A DNA stretch of 63,925 bases, the filler included, from Octopus bimaculoides (Eukaryota): assembly GCF_001194135.2 (NCBI RefSeq). It is 10 parts of 9 records of this genome, joined end to end, with 100 filler letters (N's around TTAATTAATTAA, not from the genome) between each part and the next. Parts side by side here need not be neighbours in the genome. Positions count along the whole stretch, not along the records: positions 33,432 to 52,811 come from NC_068997.1; 9 more parts are not named here. One strand, 5' to 3'. This document shows positions 37,330 to 51,544 of the stretch, one piece after another. The first letter of the stretch is position 1. The number at the start of each line of letters is the position of its first letter. The notes beneath the pieces are model-generated. The model made no database searches. It had not been told where the DNA came from and saw nothing but the letters and a program-made list of their open reading frames with translations. The position numbers were made by a program, and so were the translations under genes.

Positions 37330-38795
37330 TAAACTAATAGAGAGATTAAAAAATTAATAGTTTTCTCAATATATATATACTTACATATATGTATACGTGT
37401 GTATATATACATTTGTGTGTGTGTGTGTAAATTTATTGATTGAAGCATTTTTTTCATTGATCTATTGCTTGAATGAATGAATAAGTGAATGAATGGATAA
37501 TTGATTGATTGATAAATAGATGTACCAAAAGAAAGAAGAAATAATAACAATCATTGAAAGACAGTGTATTGTAAGAGTAATAGCAAAAATAACATCAGAG
37601 AGATGCGTAGGTACGTAGACAGAGGTTAGACTGGTAGACAGAGAGGCATTAGTATTATAAGAGAATCAGAGAGTTAGCAAATAGTATACCTATAAAGGAG
37701 CAGGTATTTTTAAAATGAGAAAACAATGAAAGAACCAAAAGAAGATGAAAACAAAAATGATGTGTACGAAAAGGAGATAAATATGGTAGAAAAGGAAATT
37801 TAGAAAGAAGGAACGATTGAATTTAAGAAGTATATAAAGGAAGGAAGAGTTGTGGACAGAAAGCTTCGGGCGGGAGAATGCAGTATTGGAAGAATGGACT
37901 GAAATACCTGGTGTGTAGAAGGAGATGAACAAAGGTTTCGAGAAGAAGCCTTTCGGGTAAAAACTCAAGAACTTATTATGATATTATGGGAAGATGCACA
38001 CGTATAGACGCGTAGCGAGCGTAACAATGTTTTAAAGGAGTTTTAAAGAGAGGAAATTTGTAAGCGGGGAGTAGATTATAAAGAAAAGGTTACGTTAGGA
38101 ATCATTGAATCACTTAAGTGGAGGAACAAGAATCAAATGCATAATTATTGTGCTACTAAGCATGAAATTTTAAACGAACGACCTCTCTCAGTCAATAAAC
38201 CTAGAGAGAGAGAGGGAGAGAGAGAGAGAAATAGAGAAAGAGCGAGAGAGGGCGGGTGTGAGGGAAAGAGGGAGAACTGGCATACAAGAAGAGAATGAAA
38301 GGGAGGATTATTATTAGAGAGAAAGAGAGAGGAAATCAAGAAGGAATAAGAGAGGGGAGTAAAGATTTACTGTTTAAAATTTCCCTACCCATTCCTCTCT
38401 TCTCGTTTAGTGTGTATAAAATTTTCGTTAAATAGCTTTTAATAAAGTTATGCCAAGCGTTTTCGAAATAACTTCCTTATACTATGGACGGAAATATGCC
38501 GCCAGCGCTAATCCTGTAACGTATCTCATAAATCTTCGACCAACGAGCTTTTCAGAAAATCACAACTAAAAGCCAGATTGGCTCATTAATTTTTATATGA
38601 TGTTTGCTTTTATCAATAATTAGGAAATGATGAAGTTGCTAACTTAACAGATTTTCTTCTCGTATGTACAACTTGTAGTTTAAATTCGTGGTTGTGGTCG
38701 TGGTACTCGTTATTGTTGTCGAGATATTGTTTTTTTTTTTCTTTTTATGCAAGATATTTTTAAAATTCCGATGTGGATTATAATCGGGATGACGA

Positions 38796-38797
<2 letters not shown>

Positions 38798-38860
<63 letters not shown>

Positions 38861-39070
38861 CATCATCATCATCATCATCATCCTCATCATCGTCGTCGTC
38901 TTNNNNNNNNNNCATCATCATCATCATCCTCATCATCGTCGTCGTCTTCGTCGTCGTCGTCGTCATTATTACCATCATCATCGTCATCGTCATCATCATC
39001 ATCATCGTCGTCATCATCATCATCAACATCATCATTGTCGTTGTCTTGTCGTCATCATTTCCGACAAGGC
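38798..39070. repeat. Compound (TAT)n/(CAT)n/(CGT)n microsatellite; representative of many AT, AC, AG, ATT, CAT, AAG and AAAG arrays across the window
   Basis: Directly visible. Other examples: 11270-11405, 11580-11694, 42494-42565, 43150-43225, 52695-52811, 54085-54180, 63870-63925. Confidence 0.95.
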
Positions 39071-39288
39071 TTGTAATCATCGTTTACATGATGCTAGTGG
39101 TAGTCGTAGTGATGGTGGTGGAGGTGGTAGTGGCGGTGGTGGTGATGAAGGTACTGGTGGTAGTCACAACAGAGGTGAGGATGACAATAAGATAGGATAA
39201 AAAAATACAAAATATGGCTCATATACATACATGCAAGCACACACACATACACACATACACACATACATGTATGTTCATATCCGTATAA

Positions 39289-39361
<73 letters not shown>

Positions 39362-40727
39362 CATAGATAGCCAAACATAGACATGTATCATATTACCAGC
39401 CTTAAACCATACACAACCGTTTTTAAAACGCTTGCATATATAGGACAATGTATTCATTGGATATACAATGAGACGGCATGATCAAGTCTGAAATAGTTTG
39501 GTTATTGATCTAATTGATAATGGTTAACCTGGGCTACACACCGATGATAATACTTCTCTTTTCTAACACCAACACAAAGCAACAAATTGATGTGAATATG
39601 GTGTCGTCAACTGAAAGACACAAGTGTATTGCTGGTACGATAGATATCGACTCCGATCGGGATTGTAATAAGTAGATCAATCGCTTTGATATAAGCTTTA
39701 TCTCTCATTCTTTCGAACTACGTAACATATGTACGAAGTAGAGAACATGCACACGAGCCAGCCTGAGAAAATATTCATGTGACATAAGGGAATACATACC
39801 CAAACACATAAACATGCTTTGATAGACCCGAGGTTAAAGTGGAACACAGTTTCGTAAGGTACCACGCAATTGGACTGAATCCGGAACCATGTGGTTTGGA
39901 AGCAAGATTCTTGCCACACAGCCACGCCTGCGTGTGTGTATATATATATATATATATATACATATATATANNNNNNNNNNNNNNNNNNNNNNNNNNNNNN
40001 NNNNNNNNNNNNNNNNNNNNNNNNNNNNNNNNNNNNNNNNNNNNNNNNNNNNNNNNNNNNNNNNNNNNNNNNNNNNNNNNNNNNNNNNNNNNNNNNNNNN
40101 NNNNNNNNNNNNNNNNNNNNNNNNNNNNNNNNNNNNNNNNNNNNNNNNNNNNNNNNNNNNNNNNNNNNNNNNNNNNNNNNNNNNNNNNNNNNNNNNNNNN
40201 NNNNNNNNNNNNNNNNNNNNNNNNNNNNNNNNNNNNNNNNNNNNNNNNNNNNNNNNNNNNNNNNNNNNNNNNNNNNNNNNNNNNNNNNNNNNNNNNNNNN
40301 NNNNNNNNNNNNNNNNNNNNNNNNNNNNNNNNNNNNNNNNNNNNNNNNNNNNNNNNNNNNNNNNNNNNNNNNNNNNNNNNNNNNNNNNNNNNNNNNNNNN
40401 NNNNNNNNNNNNNNNNNNNNNNNNNNNNNNNNNNNNNNNNNNNNNNNNNNNNNNNNNNNNNNNNNNNNNNNNNNNNNNNNNNNNNNNNNNNNNNNNNNNN
40501 NNNNNNNNNNNNNNNNNNNNNNNNNNNNNNNNNNNNNNNNNNNNNNNNNNNNNNNNNNNNNNNNNNNNNNNNNNNNNNNNNNNNNNNNNNNNNNNNNNNN
40601 NNNNNNNNNNNNNNNNNNNNNNNNNNNNNNNNNNNNNNNNNNNNNNNNNNNNNNNNNNNNNNNNNNNNNNNNNNNNNNNNNNNNNNNNNNNNNNNNNNNN
40701 NNNNNNNNNNNNNNNNNNNNNNNNNNN

Positions 40728-40768
<41 letters not shown>

Positions 40769-41060
40769 ATATATAAGCACGCACAAACACACGAAGGGGT
40801 GCTGAAAGTTCTCGGCTTTGGGTAAAAGAAAATACAAGAGGATCGTTTAATTATGATTCTTTTGAGCATATTTCCCTCCCAGATTCACACACTTATTGCG
40901 GTCACTCCATTTATCTAAGCCTTGTAAAAGAACTCGTAAGTTTAGGCCTTTCGTGATACCCTTCAAGACAGGAAATTTTCAACAACCCTTCGTGTGTGTG
41001 TGTATATATATGTGTGTGTATATATATATATATGCATATATTCATATATATACACATACA

Positions 41061-41131
<71 letters not shown>

Positions 41132-41413
41132 TCATATAAATATATACATGTATGAATGTATATATGTAAACATATAAACATATATGAATGAATGTATGTA
41201 TGTAGATATGTAGGTAAGCATATATATATACAGAGAGAGAGAGAGAGAGAGACAGAGAGACAGAGAGATGTAACAACAAATGCTCTATATACACATCTAC
41301 ATAGATGGGGTCTGTGCGTGTGTTTGTGTGTGTGTGTGTGTGATGTAGTTTCAGGCATCCAGACTAAATGGACTAAACATTGAACTGAAGTAAACGAAAC
41401 TCAAAATTCAAAC

Positions 41414-41460
<47 letters not shown>

Positions 41461-42492
41461 CTTACTCTTTGAAACACATCCATGCAGGCATACATACATG
41501 CATACATACACCATTTGAAAATCACTTTCTCACACGTGAATAATAACGTACACACATACACACACGCATGCAAACGTACACACGCACACACACACACACA
41601 CCCACACACACACACACACACACGCACTTATATATATATATATATATATGTATATGTCCACACACACAGTATTCAGAATCCCACAAATTTAGGTAATCGC
41701 AGACACAATCATAGTTTCACGTAGCATATAACACGCAATTTCGTATCATTATTCACGCATACACAATCCCACACACACACACATACGCTCGCGCGCATGC
41801 ATACATGTACACAGACCTAAGCACATACGCTCATATCGATTCAATAGCTTGGCACAATCAATACCGCTTTAAATCAGCTTTAGTAACATGTAATTTGAAT
41901 AAAATGAACAACTACAAAAAAAATAAATGAATAAATAAAAACAATAATAATAATAATAAGCAACTGAAATAAAGAAAAAAAGCACAAACTGAAAAAAAAA
42001 CGAGCAAAGCAAAAATAGTACAAAGTATCTTGTAAAAATGTAAAAATTTGAAACTACATTTTAAAAAAATATTCAAAATTCGACTATAACAACAAAAACC
42101 AGAACCTCGACAACAACAAAATTGAAGTAGATCGATCAAGACAGACTGCATTTTTTTATTAAAAAATTAGTTGGTAATTATTTTATTTTATGCTTTGAAG
42201 TTTGTTTTTCTTTTTAAAAATGCGGCCGATAGATGGCGTGAGGGTGTACGAATGGCGGTGATAGCGGTTGTAACAGATTGTCGGCAACATGGCGTAACCT
42301 TTTGTGTGTATGCACGCGTGTATGTGTGTGTGTGCATGTATGTGTGTGTGTGCATGTGTGTGTGTGTGTGTGTGCGCGCGCGCATGTGCGTGGACTGATT
42401 GCTTTGTTAATTTTAATGCAACATTCCTAAGAATCGCTTGATTTAGTTGCTGTCGCAATTGATTCTTTTCTATTTTTTTTGTTTGGCTTTAC

Positions 42493-42565
<73 letters not shown>

Positions 42566-45559
42566 GAGGTTGAAAGAAATAAAAGGCAGGTACTTTCCTC
42601 TTCCCTCACCCAAACTCCCAAGTTTTTCAGGCTCGACTTGGAGAGGATTGTAAGGGCAGAGTTTTTCAGGCTCAAAATATGGAGGATAATAAGGGCAGAA
42701 ATGACAGGGCTGTCCACTAGAAAATTTGCTGATAAGTATTTAAGAGTGTTTAGAATTATCATCATGAATGGGACAACTCTCAGTAGTTTTGTTTTTTTAT
42801 TTCTTTTGGTCTATAGCAATGACTTTCAGCCATTTTTTTAATATCTGGACTCCTTTGTTTATTGTTTTATTCTGGTGTACCACCTTAGCCATTCAACCTG
42901 ATCGTCTTACACTTACACCCAGTGAACTAATTTTATAGACACTTTCTATTTTGTCATTCACACGCTCACTTGTATAGGTTTAACTGTGTAAATTATTAAA
43001 GAAATCTAATTATTTCTTGCATTACCTACGTTTAAATCAAGATATTTCATTGACTCTTAAGGTACTACTGTGGATTTATAATTTGCTATCTTACTTGCAT
43101 GGAGCGCAAAAATCTTTAATGGACCCCCGGAAGTCATATGGACTTCGGTCGTGATTATTATTATTATTATTATTATTATTAGTAGTAGTAGTAGTATCAT
43201 CATTATTATTGTTTTTATTATTATTAATATTGACATTTCATAATGCTTAGCGTCATTTCGTCCGGTTTTACGTTCTGAGCACAAATTCTGCCGAGATCAA
43301 CTCTGCTTTTCCTCTTTTCTTGATCGATGAAATCAGTACCAGTTGTATACTAGGCTCAATGTAATCCACTCCCCACTCCCCACTCCGAATTTCAGGCCTC
43401 TTGCTTGTAGTAGAAAGTAGAAAGGATTGCTTTCTGAATCCGAACCCCCACCAAGATCAGAGTAAGCCTTTGACTTGAAGAAATCTTCCTCTCATTTTCT
43501 TTCCAGCTTCAGAGACCCTCAAAAAGTTCATAACTATTACCTTTCTTCCCGACTAAGAGTTTTTAAAAAAAATATTGTCTTTATCTCAATTTTTTGATAT
43601 CTATTAATGAAATAACATCACGGGCTATAGATGATCGGCTGACTAAACTCCGCTTTTGGCTATGCAACCGAATCTGTCCGAGACGTACACGGATTGAAAA
43701 GACCGTTCAAAAGACATTCATTTAGAGTTCGTACAATGCTAATTTGAGGGTTAATGTCGAACAGCTGTTACTGCGTTGGAAACAAATCTGGCTTGCAGCC
43801 AAGCCAATAGAGATGATTGGTATACTGGTATCCTTTGGCATGGAAGAGAGGGTAACAAAATATCGGTTATATATCTGATCTAAACAGAGTTATATACACT
43901 CATTGTTATTCTTACTGTCAGAAATGCAATGAACCACTAATTAATCGGTTGGAAACTTGTAACGAAAGACGCCATGGTTCATCAATTGCGATCTAAAATA
44001 AATATATAATAAATAAATTCATGTCGTTCGAGAAGAGCTCAAATGACAAACACTTAAGTCGACTCTGACCAAATATGTTATAGTAATTGATGCGGCAATC
44101 AAGTGAAGTTTCATCCGTTCATATGCTATCACTGGCGTTCGAATGTTTGACCTAAGATCTCAGGCAGTTAGCTTGCAGTTTCTCGTTTTACCTACCTTTA
44201 TTTTATTAGAAAAGAAGAACAGAAGATGTAGGTAACCGTAGCTTTGTACCAAACGGGGTGTTGTAGTAATTGCAGCTGCGATGAAATCGTCAAGAACGGG
44301 TAAAGATAAGGCCATGATGGAGACGTTAAGAACTTGGTGTTATTCTCCATATTGTCACCATCCATTACTTACGGGAAGGTAGGGATGGGAAGAAATAAAC
44401 AAGACAGGTTCTTCACCGAAACTCCGAAGACAACCACGAATTCCAATACTCACCATTACCGGCACTACTATCACATCAATGCCTCTTGAATATTAACTGC
44501 CGCTATAAATCCAACACAGCCGACCGAATTAATATTCCCAGTACTGTTTACACCATCGCTAATAAATATTATTAACAAATTACAACTACACAACTTTCAT
44601 CACCGTCACCAACAACCCCACCGCCAGCAGCAGCAGCACCACCACTACAACCATCACAGCCACCACCACCTCCACCACCACCACCACCACACCCATCACA
44701 ACCACCAACATTACCAGCACCAGCACCGTCACCACAAACCACCNNNNNNNNNNNNNNNNNNNNNNNNNNNNNNNNNNNNNNNNNNNNNNNNNNNNNNNNN
44801 NNNNNNNNNNNNNNNNNNNNNNNNNNNNNNNNNNNNNNNNNNNNNNNNNNNNNNNNNNNNNNNNNNNNNNNNNNNNNNNNNNNNNNNNNNNNNNNNNNNN
44901 NNNNNNNNNNNNNNNNNNNNNNNNNNNNNNNNNNNNNNNNNNNNNNNNNNNNNNNNNNNNNNNNNNNNNNNNNNNNNNNNNNNNNNNNNNNNNNNNNNNN
45001 NNNNNNNNNNNNNNNNNACTATCACCACCACCACCACCACCATTGTCACAACATCATCATCACCACAACTGTCACCATCACTCTTCCATACTTCAGTAAA
45101 TCACCATTATTATCATTTCAGTCTCCGCTCGCAATCCTCTATGCTCCCTTCTCTCTTTCACTCTCTCTCTCTCTCTCTCTCTCTTTCTTTCACCCTCTAT
45201 CCCTTTCCCTTTCACTCCCTCTCTTTCTTTCTCTCTCTCTCTCTCTCTCTCATCCTTCCTACCTCACACACACACTACTTCGTACACAGTCTAAATAACA
45301 TGACTACGCATGTCACCACGGCCATACTAGTATAATATGAAGAGTCAATATCACAAGAATACCCACGCACACACATATACACACATGGCACGCACACGCA
45401 TGCACATGCGCACACAGGCATATAATAGACATACACTTAACAGACCGCTTCAGCCGGCAACATTCGACGCAAATTACGTCTACTCAACTGAACAGAAACT
45501 ATACCATTGCCTTCACCAAGAACTACACCGACATCATCCGTAAAACAATCCCAAGATCA

Positions 45560-46215
45560 TCACCACCACCACCACCACCACCACTACCACTACCACCACT
45601 ACCACCACCACCACTACCACTACCACCACCACCACTACCACCACTAATGCCATCAGCACTACCACCACTACCACCTTCAACACTACTACCACCACTATCA
45701 CCACCACTACCACCATTACCACTACCACCACTAATACCATCAGCACTACCAGCACTACCACCACCACCACCACTACCACCACTACCACTACCACCACTAC
45801 CACTACCACCACTAATGCCATCAGCACTACCACCACTACCACCATCAACACTACTACCACTAGCACCACCACCACCACCACTGCCAATACCACCACCACC
45901 ACTTCCACCATCAACACTACCACCGCTAGCACCACTACCACCAGTAGCACCACCACCACCACTAGTACCACCAACACCACCACTACCACCATCAACACTA
46001 CTACCACCACCGCAACCACAATCAACACTATCACCACTAGCACCACCACCACCAGCAACACCAGCAACACTACTACCACCACTACCACCAATATCCCCCC
46101 ATTCCCACCACCACCATCAACACTTCAACTACTACCAACACCACCACCAACAACAACAACAACAACATTACCACCACCACCACCACCACCACCACCGCTA
46201 CCACCACCAAATAAA
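45560..46215. repeat. Cryptic (ACC/ACT)n trinucleotide array with higher-order repeats
   Basis: Repeated accactaat(g/a)ccatcagcactacc and catcaacactactacc blocks. Confidence 0.85.
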
Positions 46216-46794
46216 TTAATCGTCTCATGTATCGCAACTCCGCCACCATTATCATCCTCCGAACCGCCCTCCCCACCCCCCGCCATCAACCCGTCACTTG
46301 CTAACACCACCACCACCACCACCACCACAACAACAACAACAGCACCCAATAGAGCGGTCACTATCATCGTAGCCATCAATACTACACACCACAAGCTAAC
46401 CTGACCAACGCCAACGAGCACCAATCAAGAACTGTAACGATCACGATCGACGTTGTCATCATCATCATCATCAAGTCAGCATCAGCTCATCACATAATCC
46501 TACTAACGAACTAAACCGCTAATGCCACTACTCCCACCACTACCACCGCCAGTATCGCAATCCTCCACCATCACAGCAATCGCCATCGTCAATACCACCA
46601 CCACCAGCCTTACCCTCCTGCCATTCACCGCACAGCGACCAATATCAACCCAACGATCAAACAACCCATCTTTGACCACACATACACACATCGATACCAT
46701 TGTTTCGCTTTGCCCTCCCCGAAGCGTGGCGCTGTCACTCACTTTGTCGCCATTAACATCCATCTTCGCTGATTATTATAATGCTTTGAGTGAA

Positions 46795-46890
46795 CGAAAT
46801 CAAGATGGCGTGGGTCGATCGGTAGGTCGGTCGGTCGGTCGGTTGGTCGGACGGAAACGGAAACAGGCAGAGGTAACATGATGGCGTTGT
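46795..46890 (+). promoter_or_regulatory. Candidate TSS/5' UTR with YY1-like motif
   Basis: CAAGATGGCG at 46801-46810, (GGTC)n, GGAAAC x2, cagag|gtaaca donor-like site at 46873, second ATGGCG at 46881. CpG-rich. Confidence 0.3.
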
Positions 46891-47608
46891 GGTGACGTTC
46901 GGCGTTGAGATTAGAGAGGAGGAGGAGAAGGAGAAGGAGAAGGAGAAAAAGAGATCTTACGCTTTCTCACATCTGTTGTGAGTCGTTTTACAAAAATAAT
47001 AAATGAAAAGTCGCTTTTTAATCCGCGAACTAAAGTAAAACTGTAAAATGTGGTGGNNNNNNNNNNNNNNNNNNNNNNNNNNNNNNNNNNNNNNNNNNNN
47101 NNNNNNNNNNNNNNNNNNNNNNNNNNNNNNNNNNNNNNNNNNNNNNNNNNNNNNNNNNNNNNNNNNNNNNNNNNNNNNNNNNNNNNNNNNNNNNNNNNNN
47201 NNNNNNNNNNNNNNNNNNNNNNNNNNNNNNNNNNNNNNNNNNNNNNNNNNNNNNNNNNNNNNNNNNNNNNNNNNNNNNNNNNNNNNNNNNNNNNNNNNNN
47301 NNNNNNNNNNNNNNNNNNNNNNNNNNNNNNNNNNNNNNNNNNNNNNNNNNNNNNNNNNNNNNNNNNNNNNNNNNNNNNNNNNNNNNNNNNNNNNNNNNNN
47401 NNNNNNNNNNNNNNNNNNNNNNNNNNNNNNNNNNNNNNNNNNNNNNNNNNNNNNNNNNNNNNNNNNNNNNNNNNNNNNNNNNNNNNNNNNGGTGGTGGTG
47501 GTGGTGGTGGTGTAAGTGATATGGGTGGTAGTATTCTGCTTGAATAAAGAGAGGGAGAGAGAGAGGGAGTGATAGAGAAAGAAAGAAAGAAAGAAACAGT
47601 GAGAGAAA

Positions 47609-47644
<36 letters not shown>

Positions 47645-48183
47645 GGAGAAAACAAAAAGAAGTTAATTCCTCTCTCACTAAGTCCTCCTTTTCTTTTCTC
47701 CTACCCCCTCTTTCTCTCTCTCTCTCTCCCTCTCTTTCTATCTTTCCCTTACCTGTCTAATTTTCTCATTCTCTACCTTTACTTCTTGTCCCGTTGTCTT
47801 TTCTTATCTACATCTCGTTTATTCCATTAAAACTTTTTTTTAAAACCCAAAATGAAAAGAGAACAATCGAAAAGCAATAAGGACCATTGTTTGGCAGGTG
47901 GAGAATGTTATTGTTGCTGATGATATTGGTAAACTGGTATAATGACGGTGGCATGATTGCGTTTATAATGTCTAGAGACTTAGTTCTGCTGGTTTGCTCC
48001 GACTGAAAATCACGATAATGAAGAATCAGATGGAGTTTGGTACAAGAATCTACGTTCGGAGAAAATCTGCTTCAAACCATTTTTTAAAATTTTGGGTGGG
48101 TGGAATGAAAAAAAAAAAAAAGCAAGTATCTAGGAGAGATTACTAGACTGTTATGCGAGGGAATATTCAAAAATTTTTGTTGT

Positions 48184-48540
48184 TGGCACTCCGTCGCTTA
48201 CGACATCCACGGAACAGCCTGCTCGTGAAATTAACGTGCAAGTGACTGAGCACTCCACAGATACGTGTACCCTTAACGTAGTTCTCGGGGATATTCAGTG
48301 TGACACAGTGTGACAAGGCTGATCCTTTGAATTACAGGCACAACAGAAACAGGAAGTAAGAGTGAGAGAAAGTTGTGCTGGAAGAGTACAGCAGGGTTCG
48401 CCACCATCCCCTGCCGGAGCCTCGTGGAGTTTTAGGTGTTTTCACTCAATAAACACTCACAACGCCCGGTCTGGGAATCGAAACCGCGATCCTATGACCG
48501 CGAGTCCGCTGCCCTAACCACTGGGCCATTGCGCCTCCAC
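48184..48540 (-). mobile_element. tRNA-derived SINE family D
   Basis: Reverse complement head tggaggcgcaatggcccagtggttagggcagcggactcgcggtc..gtttcgattccc has A and B boxes. Homologous copies at 59555-59920(-) and 35350-35660(+). Confidence 0.85.
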
Positions 48541-49312
48541 TCTAATACACTACATTAAGCATAAGATGCAGAACATTCTTTACTGCTTCTCCAAAATATT
48601 CTCCGCCTTGTTTTAATTATAAATAATAGTCGTCATACATCATTTAGTTGCACGCTAGTGTGAGGTTATAGATTAGTTCATCTGTATTGGTTGTACACTT
48701 TTGAAAAACGAATCCTAACAATGAAATTTGCCTTAGACTGGAAAAGGAGAATTCGGTGTAGAGCCGGTATGATATATAATATTAATGCACCGATACAGGT
48801 CAGTATATATAATGCTTGTTGATAGGCTTATGAGGTATGTGTAGTGTATGTCACCTAAAGTATTAAAAAGGTTCTATCATTGTTGCATACCAGAATTTTT
48901 ATCATAAAATGGACTTCATTTACATCAAACACAGGAGTTCATCAGGGATGTCACATTCTGAGCATGGAAAGGATTTTGTTCAAGTGCCGTCTCCAATGAC
49001 ACTTGAGAAGAATCTTCCTAAGCAATTTAATAAAGGAAGCAGTTAAATGAATGTCCAAGGCAAGAAACAGCAATAAGAAATGGCGGAAGATTAAATATTT
49101 AAAGAGATAAAATTCAAAGTTGTAAATAAACATCATTGCTGCAGATAAAAATTGTTCATTCAACGAAATACGTTCGAAATAGCATGTTGAAAGCCTATTT
49201 TCAGTAGAAGATAGATGCGCGTATAGAGAGAATTCAAAGTTCATTGTTAAGATAGCATGTTAAAAACCTTACGACAGAAGCACTGGGTAATCATTTCTTT
49301 TTTCATTAGTGA

Positions 49313-49345
<33 letters not shown>

Positions 49346-49882
49346 CGCTTGTGTGTGCATGTCTTTGTGTGGATATATGTGTATGTAATATAAAAATAAT
49401 AGAAAGGAAGATAGGGTATGAAATAGAGAAAGCACGTGAGACATGGAGTCAGCTTGTCCGCTTGCCAGCGATGCGACTTGCGAGAATGTGTCACCTTATG
49501 TACCAGTATACAACTCCCATGCAACTGAAATATCCCTTAGGAAAGCTATTAAAAGTCGTCTATAGAAAACTGTCGTAATGGTCAGTGACTGAGAAGAACG
49601 CGCGTTAAAAAAAGTCTCCCTTGAAGACCATTTCATCAAAATCGAACCGCAGGAAATGGAAGGAAAGAGGAGTCGACTAGCACAATAGTAAGTCTAGGAG
49701 GAAAATACTCTGCAGGTGTATCACTGGTCATGTAACTGACTGCAGATTCACGAATAGCCGAAAACTTCGCATCCACCTCGAACCTCAGCCACTGACAAAC
49801 GCGAATTCACTTTTGCTGATTCTCATAAAAAGTTTTAGCCATCTTCATACTTTTAAAGCTTCTGATATTTCATATTGTAAGG

Positions 49883-50447
49883 AACACTCCGTCGATTACG
49901 GCGACGAGCGTCACAACTGATCCAATCAACGGAATAGCTTGCTCGTGAAATTAACGTGCAAGTGGCTGAGCACTCCACAGACGCGTGTATCCTTAACGTA
50001 GTTCTCAGGGAGATTCAGCGTGACACAGAGTGTGACAAAGCTGGACCTTTGAAACAGAGGTAGGTTGCGTGTTGTGTTCTTGAGCAAGGCACTTTGTTTC
50101 ACGTTGCTCCAGTTCACTCAGTTGTAGAAATGAGTTGCGACATCACTGGTGCCAAGCTGTATCGTCCTCAGCCTTTCCCTTGGATAACATCGGTGGTGTG
50201 AAGAGGGGAGGCTGTTATGGATGGGAGACTGCTGGTCTTCCATAAACAACACTGCCCGGACTAGTACCTCGGAGGGTAACTTTCTAGGTGCAATCCCATG
50301 GTTATTCATGACCGAAGAGGGTCTCCTGCTCCATTTTACCAGCTGAGTTGACTGGAGCAACGTGAAATAAACACGTCACCGGGAACTGAACTCACGACCT
50401 TACGATCGTGAGACAAACGCCCTGACAACTAAGCCACGCGCCTTCAC
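49883..50447 (-). mobile_element. Family D SINE interrupted by a + strand SINE body (about 50062-50325)
   Basis: Family D 3' part at 49883-50050 and tRNA head at 50330-50447, separated by ttgtgttcttgagcaaggcactttg...catgaccgaagagggtc in the opposite orientation. Confidence 0.6.
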
Positions 50448-50732
50448 ATAGATATATTAATGCATTGAATAAATTAAAATATAATTGCCCTCAAGAGATA
50501 AAAGTGTGTCTCTGTGCTTGCGTGTGCGCGTGCGTGTATATGAGTGAATGTATTATTGTATTTATCTGCACTGAGATATGTACTCAGTTTTCAGAAGACC
50601 CATTCCATACTTATCGTAAAATAGTCTAGTTATTATATATTGATCACTTTCATGCTTCGAACGAGCTAGAATATTTTGCATGGGGCACATGTCCATGTAT
50701 ATATGTATCTCGATGTATCTCTATATGTCTGT

Positions 50733-50767
<35 letters not shown>

Positions 50768-50852
50768 CATACATGCATATTTGTATACGAGTATATTGAA
50801 ACCCACAAATATATGTAGATGCATGTATATGCATATATATAAATATATATTC

Positions 50853-50924
<72 letters not shown>

Positions 50925-51491
50925 GCTTAAATATATATCTTTTATACCAAAAATTTGAGCTCTATTTAAAGTTGATATATATATATATATATATCTTCGA
51001 GCACAAATATATACTTTATTATGCGAAATCATATTCAGAGATGAAATAAAAATGTAAGCTAAGAATAAGGGCACAAGTGCATAACACACACACATGCACA
51101 CACACACATACACATGCGTGAATGCACTCAGGGAGTCACAAACACACATACAAATGTCTCTGCGTAGATGTGTATTTTTATAACATTAACATAAATATAC
51201 ACAAATTAAACGAAATAGCTTCCTAATGCGTTTTTACACAGTGATACATATATACACTCTCTCATAGAAACAAGCGTAGAGATTTATTCATGTCCATAGA
51301 CACATATGTACATACATACATATATACATAGATACATAAACATATGCATACATATATGCATATATACATATATGCATGCTTACAATTATACACTCCGTCT
51401 TATAATCTATATAGGTAAACATATAGTCATACATATTTACATATATTTAATTATGGATATGTATATATGCACATAAATACACGCACACACA

Positions 51492-51544
<53 letters not shown>

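Noticed and set aside
38639-39195. Poly-I/Y/H/L/D/N ORFs here and at 11155-11464, 42427-42841, 45534-46424 and 53887-54280
   Set aside because: These are translations of trinucleotide microsatellites.
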